This document shows, in pieces, positions 53,160 through 64,000 of a stretch of 64,000 bases of DNA. Below the pieces are notes generated by a model that saw nothing but the letters and a program-made list of their open reading frames with translations, was not told the origin of the DNA and searched no databases. Source of the DNA: Felis catus (Eukaryota); assembly GCF_018350175.1 (NCBI RefSeq), contig NC_058369.1, positions 26,972,001-27,036,000 on the forward strand, given 5' to 3'. The translations under genes were made by a program, and so were the position numbers. The stretch's first letter is position 1. Each line of letters starts with the position of its first letter.

Positions 53160-53620
53160 CATTTATTTATTCACTTATTCAGCACACATATGTTAAGTGC
53201 CTCCTACGTATCAATGTATTCAGCAATGAATACAACAGATAAAAATCCAAACTTGTGATATTTACATTATAGTTGGGAGCCTAAAGATAATAAATATAAA
53301 AATCAGAAAAATATTGAGTATATTAGAAGGTGATAGAAGTTATGCAGAAAAAAAACACAGTAAGATTATGGGCAACATTAAGAAGGTTATAATTTTAAAT
53401 AGAGTGGACAGAGTGGGTCCCCCTGAGAAAAAGACACTTGAGGACAGAATTGAAGAAGATGAGGAGGTGAATCAAGTGGGATCTGAGAGTATAGTTTTCT
53501 AGGCAGAAGAAATGGCATTCCGTCAGATTTTAGTGTGTCTGGCATGTTCAAGTTACACATCAGGATAGCTAATGTGGTGGGTTTGGTAGAGAAGGAGATG
53601 AAAGGAAGACTGTGAGGCTC
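53160..53620 (-). mobile_element. L2 3' fragment
   Basis: TTCACTTATTCAGCACACATATGTTAAGTGCCTCCTA...TTTTAAATAGAGTGGACAGAGTGGG. Confidence 0.65.
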
Positions 53621-53644
53621 AGAGAAGCTTGATAATTATTGAAA

Positions 53645-53849
53645 ATTATTTTTTTTTAATGTTTATTTATTTATTTTTGAGAGAGAGCCCAATTTGGGAA
53701 GGGACAGAGAGAGAGGGAGACAGAATCCCAAGCAGGCCCCCGGCTCTGAGCTGTCAGCACAGAGCCTGATGTGGGGCTCAAAACCATGAATTATGAGATC
53801 ATGACCTGAGCCGAAGTCGGCTGCCTAACTGACTGAGCCACCAAGGCAA
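53645..53849 (-). mobile_element. Can-SINE
   Basis: Antisense head; TGATAATYATT on both sides. Confidence 0.93.
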
Positions 53850-53899
53850 CTGATAATCATTTAAAAAGGAATAAATTAGGAAGCCATTGACAATTAAAG

Positions 53900-54803
53900 A
53901 AATGTATTTAACACATTTATAGAGGTATATATTTGCATAAAATGAAATGTACTCTGATGAGTTTTAAAACATTTATATATTTGTATAAATACCACTATTA
54001 TAAATATATAAGGAATTTTTATTAACCAGAAAGTTAATAACCATCTTAGTCAATAACCAGATCCCATCCCTGGCTTCAGGCAACCACTAATCTTTTTTTT
54101 TTTTTTTTTTCTGTCACTAAAGATTAGATTTGTCTTTTCAGATCTTTATACAAATGCAATCGTATAGTACCCTCTGGCTTCTTTTGCTGAGCATAATGTT
54201 CTTGGAATTCACCCATGTTATATGTATTAGAAGTTACTTTTTTATTGCTGAGTAATATTCTATTGTTTGAGTATACCTTAGTTTAATTAGCTATTCGGTG
54301 TGTGAAGGACATTTGAGTTATTTCCAGTTTTTGACTATTATGAATAAAGCTGTCAAAAATATGCATATACAAGTCTTTGTATAGACATATGTTTTCATTT
54401 TTCTTGAATAAATATCTGGGAGTGGAATGGCTGGGTCACATAGTAAGAGCATATTCCACTCTATATGTGTTATTTTCCAAAGAAATCAAACCATTTTGTA
54501 TAAGCAATGCTGTAGAGTTCCTGTTGCTCCATATCCTCATCAACACTTGATAGTGTCAGGCTTTTAAATTTTATTTACTCTAATGCATGTGGAGTGGTAT
54601 CTCATTATTTTAATTTGCAATGCCCTGATAATTCATGATATTGAGCTCCAACTCATGTGCTTCTTATTTATTAATGTATCTTCTTTTGTAGAAATTCTGA
54701 TCAAATCTTTGCCTATTATTTTTATTGGTTTGTTTGGCTTCCTTTTATTGAATTATAAGAATCAATAAAAGTCATAGCATATGATTTGTATATATAGTCC
54801 TTT
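53900..54803 (-). mobile_element. L1MC-like 3' end, followed by (TG)n at ~54806-54850
   Basis: CAGGCAACCACTAATCT...TTTCCAGTTTTTGACTATTATGAATAAAGCTG...GGAGTGGAATGGCTGGGTCA. Confidence 0.85.
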
Positions 54804-54804
54804 G

Positions 54805-54836
<32 letters not shown>

Positions 54837-57800
54837 ATGTGTGCGTGCATGTGTATACATGTATATACTAATGGATAACTAACTATAGCCAATGTCACAA
54901 TAAATGAAATAATATGTAACATTAACATATCAATTAAAAATGCTAACTCCTATTTGGAATTAAGTTTTTAAGAATAACTTCTGGGTCAGAACAATTTCTC
55001 ATTACAGTGCTGTGATTTTTAAAAGCTAGACAGCCAGTTACTGTGCAACACTCATTTATGTCTACATATTTTGTAACTCACAGTGCAGAAGTATTACTGC
55101 AAATTCTTTCACTTCAAATTTTATCATTAACTCTCCACTGGTTACAAACTAAAGAGTTTAATTTTACTTGGCATATATCCTTCCATTCCCTTTGGTTGGC
55201 TGAAAATGCATAGCGTGGCCATGTTATCCCTATAGATGTTATATATTACAACTCACACTGTTCCCTCTTTCAGCTCTTCAGCTCAATTGATCTAGAATTA
55301 CTCTGACTATCTATCTAGCATGACCTTCTGAATTTTCACAAGGATGAAGTTCTATGTCAGAGCCTAAAAAGATGCATTTACCATTTTAGCTACTTGTGGT
55401 CAATAGGAAGATTTATTTTCCCAAAAGTCACTTAATTCCACCATAATATCTTCTTTACCTTAGGAAGAACAACAGTGTATTTCTTTGTGCTCAGCTCAGC
55501 CTGCCAGCTGAGTCCTTCTCTTATGCTGTTTCTCTTCCACATCCTCCTTCCTGTGTTTGCTTAGTGTACAAATACCAGAAACCAACCTTTCCATCTCCTG
55601 TGAATTAGAAAATATTATCACAGCCAGGGTATTGTTGAAAATTAAATTTAACAAATAAAAGTGTAGTGAAGTTTTAAATATAAATCAGACACATCCCTAG
55701 GATTTGCTTTTAACTGCACACCTTCTAAGAAATTATATTTTTACTCCCAGCAAATTACCTAGGAGAAAAAAATGACAAGAGTAATCTATTTTTTTCACAG
55801 CTGGTTGGTTGGCCAGAGTTTCTCATCAAGGAGTACATGCTGTTTGCTCCCCAGATGGACAGCCTGGATGAGCTACAAATCCACAGAGCCTGGGACACAA
55901 GGTGGAAATTATACTGCCAGTGCTTTTAATCTTGCACAGCTCTGCACACTCGAAATTGCAAGTGGCCCATTTCCAAATGAACATCTATTGGGACAATATC
56001 CTATATCTTGTCAGAATGAGTCCCATTAAATCCTCAGCTGGAATTAGACCAAAAACTTGTAATAATTATAGGAAACTTATTAAAAAGTTGAAGCCCTAGA
56101 CTGTGACAGTGAAAACACTTAGGCCACATTAACAGTAATTGAAATCTCTGTGAGTATTTCTTTTCAATCAGTTCTTGTTGATGGCCCAGCAAAGAATGCC
56201 CAAATGAGAAGGTGTGAAACCCAAACACCCAACTTCTAAGGTGGTAATTATCTTTTGTTTCATTACAAAATGTAGCATTGGAATGCTAGTGAACTGATCT
56301 CTTGGGAGCCAAGGCACCTGCCAGAAGGCTGTCCCTGGCTCCCATCATGAGCTTGGGTCTTGCCACTGTGTCCACCAACAGGATGCAGTCTCCTTGGGCC
56401 TGTGCTTCACGTCATGGGTCTCCTTTCCTCTCTCTTCTGCCACTCTACCTTGAAAACGCACTGCTTCCCCTAGCAAGTCCTGAATGTTAAGAACAAGAGT
56501 ATTAAATAAATAGCTTTAAAACCTGGCCTAGTGAACATTTGGCTAGTAAGTTTAGGGCTTTGTTTTGAAAGCAGAAAATATTAAAGTAATCTTTTCTGCA
56601 TTTCAATCACAAGGATGAATCTACTTTCAATGTGATTCAATCTACTTTCCTCAGATGGGAAAGTTTGTAAAAGGAAAAATTTCAAGTTAGACTTTTTCAA
56701 CTTGTGTTTTGAGTCTCTTTTTTCAGCTTGTTTTTCAGTAATTTTTACAATGAGGAAGCAGTACACCTGATCATGTTTGGCTTCTCATTTCTGTATTGCT
56801 AGGGGTGATTCTTGGGCAACCTTAATTTTGATTTGTTTTGACTTTTATAGCTCAGGATGACTTAAAGAGATAATTTGGACTCTTGAGAGAGGAACTATAG
56901 AGAAAAAGACCCTCAAATTTTGGGCTCATGGAGGGTATAGACCATTCTTAATGGCAAGTCTGATTTATAGAGTGTATCTAGTGAATGCAATTGTATCTAC
57001 TTTTTACAGAAATTCCAATTCTCAACAAATGCTGCAAGTAGGTCAAACCTTCACTGGAAAACCAGGTTGGGTTGCAGACACCAGATGACAGGAGGGGCAG
57101 TGACAGATTGGAGTGACCCAGAGTACCGGAACAATGATGGTGAGAGACTTAAAACTAGATTTTGTGTGCAGGGGTCAAAGAGGGGAACTCTGGGGAGTCC
57201 CACTGGGGAAGACTCACTATGCATGGCTATAGAGGGCAGAGGTGTGACATGAGGGTCAAAGGAAGGACACCCAGATAGGCTGTTGTCCCAGAACAAGGAG
57301 AATAAGCGGCCAAAGATGAGAATGCATCCTATTTCTGTCAGTGTTCAGGGAAGGTCTGGGCAATCAGTTGGAATTACGGTGGAGGTGACTTTTTCAAGTC
57401 TGAATGATTGAAGGAAATAGAAAACTCTAGGTCCCTTCCAATTCAAATGTGCCATGGTTTTATAAGAATCCATTTATTTGTTTCAAGAGGATGAGACGTA
57501 TTTTGTAATTAGTATCATCCAAATGAATGCCAACACTCTATAGGAAAACCATTTTTCCTAAATACGTTACAGATTCTACTGTTATGATCTTCATAATGTT
57601 TTTTTTCTTAGATCTTATGATATCAACCCTACTTTAGTTAAATTTAAATTTATCATGAATTCTAAGGTAGCTAAAATTTAAAGAATTTACTTCTGAAATG
57701 ATGGATCATAATGAAGAAGATAATACTCCCCAACCACTTTAAACACTTAAAAACATAAGATATTGTATTTTGAAGGGTGGAGAGCATCTTTAGAATGGAT

Positions 57801-58315
57801 TCAGAATTCCCTATGCAACATTTGTGATCTTTATATTTTATGTTGTGAGAGGGTAGTGACAATATTAGTACATTTTCTGTTACTTAAAATAGGCTCCTGA
57901 TAGAAGACTTAAGCTCTAGAACAGAATTGGAATCTCTGTCTTCTTAGCTAATACATTATTCTTAGATTGTTAAATGATAGCTATAATAAAATGATACTTC
58001 AGGGCCCCAAAATGAGTTCTTGTGCAAAGCTACAATAGGAAAGTATTGAGTGACAACACAGAAGATCATTAACTCTATTTTCATTGAAACCAATAGCTGT
58101 AATGTATTTCCCTGTACAGTGAGCTAGTGTGCCCTGGCCTGATTGTGTTCAGAGGATTGATTAATGATAACATCTTAATCTTGCCTCCCTAAGTATGGGG
58201 TGTGAAGAAGGGAGGAGGTCTGGGAAGCAGTGAAAATGGCAGGAGTATGGACAAGAGAGTTAAGGGACAGAAGATATACCATTACTTCTTACTAGACATT
58301 GTTTACCTTATACTT

Positions 58316-61300
58316 TTTTTTATTTAAACATTTATTTTTTTATTTTTATTTTTAATGTAATTTATTGTCAAATTGGCTAACATACAGTGTGTAAAGTGTG
58401 CTCTTAGTTTTGGGGGTAGATTCCCGTGGTTCATCGCTTACATAAACACCCAGGGCTCATCCCAACAAGTGCCCTCCTCAATGCCCATCACCAATTTTCC
58501 CCTCTCCCCCACTCCCCCCATCTACCCTCAGTTTATTCTCTGTATTTAAGAGTCTCTTATGGTTCGCTTCCCTCCCTCTCTGTTTGTAACTATTTTTTCC
58601 CCTTCCCTTCCCCATAGTCTTCTGTTACATTTCTCAAGATCCACCTGAGTGAAAACATATGATATCTTTCTCTGACTGACTTATTTCACTCAGCATAATA
58701 TATTCCAGTTCCATCCACGTTGCTGCAAATGGCATGATTTCATTCTTTCTCATTGCCACGTAGTATTCCATTGTATATAAACCACATCTTTGTCCACTCA
58801 TCAGTTGATGGACATTTAGGCTCTTGCCATAATTTGGCGATCGTTGAAAGCACTGCTCTAAACATTGGGGATACTTGTGCCCATATGAATCAGCACCCCT
58901 GTATCCTTTGGATAAATTCCTAGTAGTGCTATTGCTGGGTCATAGGGTAGATCTATTTTTAATTTTTTGAGGAACCTCCACACTGTTTTCCAGAGCGGCT
59001 GCACCAGTTTGCATTCCCACCAACAGTGCAAGAGGGTTCCTGTTTCTCCACATCCTCTCCAGCATCTGTAGTTTCCTGAGTTGTTCATTATAGCCACTCT
59101 GACTGGCATGAAGTGATATCTCAGTGTGGTTTTGATTTGTATTTGCCTGATAATGACTGACATTGAGCTTTCATGTGTCTTTTGGCCATCTGGATGTCTT
59201 CTTGGTTCAATTGTAAATAGGATCCGTTTCCTGATTTCTCCATTTGTTCCTTCATTATTGGTGTATAGAAATGCAACTGATTTCTGTACATTGATTTTGT
59301 ACCCTGTGACTTTGCTGGATTCATGTATCGGTTTTAGCAGTCTTTTGGCAGAGTCTTTCAGGTTTTCCATGTAGAGTATCATGTCATCTGTGAAAAGTGA
59401 AAGTTTGACTTCCTTGCCAATTTTGATGCCTTTTATTTCATTTTGTTGCCTGACCGCTGATGCTAGGCCTTGTAACACTATGTTAAACAACAGTGGTGAG
59501 AATGGACATCCCTGTCGTGTTCCTGATCTTAGGGGGAAAGCTCTCACTTATTCCCCATTGAGGATGATATTAGTTGTGGGCTTTTTATATATGGCCTTTA
59601 TGATGTTTAAGTATATTCCTTGTATCCCAACTTTCTCGAGGGTTTTTATTAAGAAAGGATGCTGTATTTTGTCAAATGCTTTTTCTGCACCTATTGACAG
59701 GATCATGTGGTTCTTATCCTTTCTTTTATTAATGTGATGAATCACATTGATTGATTTGCAAATATTGAACCAACCCTGCAGCCCAGGAATGAATCCCACT
59801 TGATCATGGTGAATAATACTTTTTATATGCTCTTGAATTCAATTTGCTAGTATCTTGTTGAGAATTTTTGCATCCATGATCATCAGGGATATTGGCCTGT
59901 AATTCTCCTTTTTTGTGGGTCTCTGTCTGCTTTGGGAATCAAGGTAGTGTTAGCTTCATAGAATGAGCCCAGAAGTTTTCCTTCCGCTTCTATTTTTTGT
60001 AACAGCTTGAGAAGGATAGGTATTAACTCTGCTTTAAATGTCTGGTAGAATTCCCCAGGGAAGCCATCTGGCCCAAGACTCTTATTTGTTGGAAGATTTT
60101 TGATAACTGATTCAATTTCTTCAGTAGTTTTGGGTCTGCTCAAATTTTCTATTTCTTCCCATTTAAGTTTTGGTAATGTGTGGGTATCTAGGAATTTGTC
60201 CATTTCTTCCAGGTTGTCCAGTTTGTTGGCATATAATTTTTCATAGTATTCCCTGATAATTGCTTGTATTTCTGAGGGATTAGTTGTGATAAATCCATTT
60301 TCATTCATGATTTTATCTGTTTGGGTCCTCTCTGTTTTCTTTTTGAGAAGTCTGGCTAGGGGGTTGTCAATTTTATTTATTTTTTCAAAAAACCAACTCT
60401 TAGTTTCATTGATCTGGTCTACTGGTTTTTTTTTTTTTTTTTTTTTTGGATTCTATGTTGTTTATTTCTGCTCTGATCATCTTTATTATTTCTCTTCTTC
60501 TGCTGGCCTTCTGCTGGCCTTGGGGTTTCTTTTGTTGTTCTGCTTCTAGTTCCTTTAGGTGTGCTGATAAATTTTGTATTTGCTATTTTTCTAGATTCTT
60601 GAGATAGGCCTGGATTGCAACATATTTTCCTCTTAGGACTGCCTTTGCTGCATCCCAAGAGTTTGGACTGTTGTGTTTTCATTTTCATTTGTTTCCATAT
60701 ATTTTGAAATTTCTTCTTTAATTGCCTGGTTGACCCATTTGTTCTTTAGTAGGATGTCTTTAATTTCCATGCATTTGGAGGTTTTCCAAACGTTTTCCAG
60801 TGGTTGATTTCAAGTTTCATAGCATTGTGATCTGAAAGTGTGCATGGTATGATATCAATTATTTTATATTTATTGAGAGCTGTTTTGTGACCTGTATGTG
60901 ATCTATCTTGGAGAATGTTCCATGTACACTCGAAAAGAATGTGTATTATGCTGCTTTAGGATGACAAATTCTGAATGTATCTGTCAAGTCCATCTGGTTC
61001 AGTGTATCATTCAGGGCCATTGTTTCTTTATTGATTTTCTGTCTAGATGATCTTTCCATTGTTGTAAGTGGAGTATTAAAGTCCCCTGCAATTATCACAT
61101 CCTTACCAATAAGATTGCTTATGTTTGTTTTATATAGTTGGGTGTTCCGAATTTGGTGCATAAACACTTATAATTGTTAGCTCTTCTTGATGGATAGACC
61201 CCATAATTATGATATAATGTCCTTCTTCATCTTTTGTTATAGCCTTTAGTTTAAAATCTAGTTTGTCTGATATAAGTATGGCTACTCCAGCTTTCTTTTG

Positions 61301-61749
61301 ACTTCCAGTAGCATGATAGATGGTTCTCCATCCCCTCACTTTCAATCTGAAGGTGTCTGCAGGCCTAAAATGGGTCTCTTGTAGACAGCAAATAGATGGG
61401 TCTTGTTTTTTTTTTAATCCATTCTGATACCTTATGTCTTTTGATTGGAGCATTTAGTCCATTTACATTCAGTGTTATTATTGAAAGATATGGATTTAGA
61501 GTCATTGTGTTATCTGTAGGTTTCATGCTTGTAGTGATGTCTCTGGTCCTTTGTGGTCTTTGCAACATTTCACTCGCAGAGTCCCTCTTAGACTCTCTTG
61601 TAGGGCTGGTTTAGTGGTGATGAATTCCTTCAGTTTTTGTTTGGGAAAACTTTTATCTCTCCTTCTATTCTGAATGACAGGCTTGCTGGATAAAGGATGC
61701 TTGGCTGCATATTTTTCCTATTCAGCACGTTGAAAATTCCCTGCCACTA
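58316..61749 (-). mobile_element. Carnivore-type L1, 5'-truncated and internally deleted; degenerate ORF2 (EN, RT, C-terminal domain)
   Basis: [68 protein letters not shown]-rich tail at 58316; TSD TGTTTASCTTATACTT at 58300-58315 and 61750-61765. Confidence 0.97.
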
Positions 61750-62080
61750 TGTTTAGCTTATACTTAAGTTTTCTTTTCTTTATTGCTGTTATCCTCCCTG
61801 TCAGCCACCATGATGTCTTGTTTGGTTTTTGCTTGCATCATTGAAGATGCATAGGGAATAATCGCTTCTCCTAGTTCCTTCAGGGGGTAAAATTAAAAAA
61901 AAAAAATAGTGGTGTTTTATATTCATTTTCTATTGCTTTCTGCACAATTATCACAGGCTGTGTTTGGTTCTTGACTCAATTTCTTTTCCTAGTCTCTCAG
62001 TTATGACCAAGAAGAGAAGAGCTTTCTCTGGTGCCCTGGCCTCACTTATAACCTGGGTGAGCTCTGATTTTCCTTGGCTC

Positions 62081-62274
62081 TTTTTTTTTTCCTTTAAAGT
62101 TTATTTATGAGAGAGAAGTGGGACAGAGGGGAGGATAGAAAGAGAAAGAATCCCAAGCAGGCTCTGCATTGTCCACACTGAGCCCATTGTGGAGCTTGAG
62201 TCATGATCTGTGAGATCATGACCTGAGTCAAACCAAGAGTCAGATGCTTAACCAACTGAGCCACCAGGTGCCCC
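62081..62274 (-). mobile_element. Can-SINE
   Basis: Antisense head; CCTTGRCTCTT on both sides. Confidence 0.92.
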
Positions 62275-62317
62275 TCATTTGCCTTGACTCTTAAGTGCAG
62301 TCGGAATCCACTTTCTT

Positions 62318-62541
62318 TTTTTCTTTTTTAAAAATCTTTATTTATTTTTGAGAGAGAGGGAGGGAGAGAGACAGAGCATGAGCAGGGGAGGGTCAAGAGA
62401 GAGGGAGACAGAGAATCTGAAGCAGGCTCCAGCTCTGAGCTGACAGCACAGAGCCCGACATGGGGCTTGAACGCACAGACAGTGAGAGCATGACCTGAAC
62501 CGAAGTCTGAGGCTCAACCTACTGAGCCACCCATGCTCCCC
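62318..62541 (-). mobile_element. Can-SINE (left member of a tandem pair)
   Basis: Complete antisense copy ending ...GAGCCACCCATGCTCCCC. Confidence 0.93.
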
Positions 62542-62736
62542 TTTTTTTTTAATGTTTATTTATTTTTGAGAGGGGGTAGGAAGGGGCAGAGAGAGAGGGA
62601 GACACAGAATCTGAAGCAGGCCCCAGGCTCTGAGCTGTCAGCATAGAGCCCAATGTGGGGCTCAAACTCACCAACTGTGAGATTGTGACCTGAGCTGAAG
62701 TTGGATGCTTAACTAACTGAGCCACCCAGGCGCCCC
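62542..62736 (-). mobile_element. Can-SINE (right member of a tandem pair)
   Basis: Antisense copy ending ...GAGCCACCCAGGCGCCCC. Confidence 0.93.
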
Positions 62737-63225
62737 AGACTCCACTTTCTTCTCTAGAGCTGATCCTTGGGGGGCCTCACTTACACTGGGAACCTAAATG
62801 CTGGGAAGAGTTTGAGGCCAGATTTAACAATTCAGAGGCAAGGGTCAGGTTTCAGTGAAACTACTCAGGTGGCTGTGCAGTCAGAACTTCCAGTACCGTT
62901 CTCGCCTGTCCAGTTACATTCTGCTTTGGGTGGCTGTTCTGACTCCCAACTTCCTTTACTTTTCTGCCAACCCCCACTCACTAATGAGAAACCCAGTACT
63001 TGCACACGGTTCCTTTTCCAACAAAGAGTCTTCCAGTGGGGTGCCCTGTGCAGACTTACCCACACTTCCACATGTCCTACTGTCTTCCTTCCACTGAAGT
63101 CTGACTTTGCTCTCTCATAATCTGAGAGCCTCTTTGGTGATTGCAGAGAGTGGTGGATTTGCTTTCTGGATAACACAGCGGCATGTGCTCATCTGAAGGT
63201 CATTCTATACAAATGGATTAAGTAG

Positions 63226-63658
63226 TGTATTTGTTTCCATTGGTGCTGCAGCAAATTGCCACAAAGTTAGTGGTTAAAACAATACAGATGTATTCTCAGA
63301 GTTCTGGAAATCAGAAGTCCCAAGTCAAGGTGTTGGCAAGGTTGTGCTCCTTCTGGAGGCTTGAGGAGAGAATGTTTCCTTCCCTTTTTAACTTCTAGAA
63401 GCTACCCGCATTTCTTGGCTTCTTTTTTTTTTTCTTTAATTACTCCAACCTCTTGCTCTGTCCTTACATCTACTGCTTACTCTGATCTCCAGTCTTCTCT
63501 TGTAAGGACCTTAATAGTTATATCAGGCCCACCTGAATAATCCTGGATAATCTCCTTGTCACAAGATCCTTAACTTAATCATACCTGCAAAGTCCTTTTT
63601 CCTGTTCCAGGGATTAGAAGGGGGACATCTTTGAGTGGCATTTATTCTGTCTGTCGCA
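63226..63658 (-). mobile_element. MaLR solo LTR (MLT1-like)
   Basis: TGTATTTGTTTCC...CAAATTGCCACAAAGTTAGTGG...AAGATCCTTAACTTAATCATACCTGCAAAGTCC. Confidence 0.88.
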
Positions 63659-64000
63659 AGTAGTATTCAGTGTAGACGCTCTTTAACTCGGTATTTCTCA
63701 AAATGAAACAATATACAGACCCCGTTTTAAGAAATAAAATTTTATAGACTCTGCCCTGTGTTGACTTATGTTTATTAGTTTGTTACATGAATGCATAAAA
63801 ACATTAAACTGCTTATAAAAACCTCGCGTTTGTAGCTCTTCTACAAAAATAAAACTGAAACAAATTTACAAATTAAATACAATACATAAAGTGCATAAAA
63901 TTCAAATTAAGTACACTAATTTAATACAATAGATGATATGGTTTCACTGAAAGTGGAATTGCTGAGAAAATTTGAGCATGGTGCTGACCATGGGCATTGG

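Noticed and set aside
58316..61749. Active L1 or domesticated reverse transcriptase
   Set aside because: 5'-truncated, multiple frameshifts and stops, large internal deletion.
63690..64000. Possible hAT/Charlie fragment at the window end
   Set aside because: Only a TIR-like start (CGGTATTTCTCAAA) is visible; family cannot be supported.
1..64000. CRISPR arrays, operons or other prokaryotic systems
   Set aside because: The sequence is clearly mammalian and has no regularly spaced repeat-spacer array.

Overview
Repeat-rich, AT-rich, CpG-poor mammalian DNA, very probably from a felid: it carries about 25 tRNA-derived Can-SINEs, two of them near-consensus cat-type copies, plus carnivore-type L1. 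I see no recognisable host protein-coding exon, RNA gene or CpG island. The only ORFs with recognisable homology are broken L1 ORF2 pieces; the rest of the ORF track is SINE, microsatellite or chance sequence. The window reads as a long intron or intergenic region with layered old (L1M, L2, MIR, MLT1, hAT) and young (Can-SINE, carnivore L1) insertions. The most interesting signals are: (1) a TSD-flanked L1 3' fragment whose terminal segment and poly(A) come before the rest (4441-5146); (2) a diverged ~140-bp duplicated element in otherwise unique DNA (29353-29492 / 30708-30842); (3) an internal L1 piece without poly(A); (4) three perfect 11-bp hairpins; (5) weak candidate plus-strand exons. 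Repeat family names come from my recollection of consensus sequences, not a database search, and boundaries of old repeats are approximate. I did not find a convincing novel biological system.
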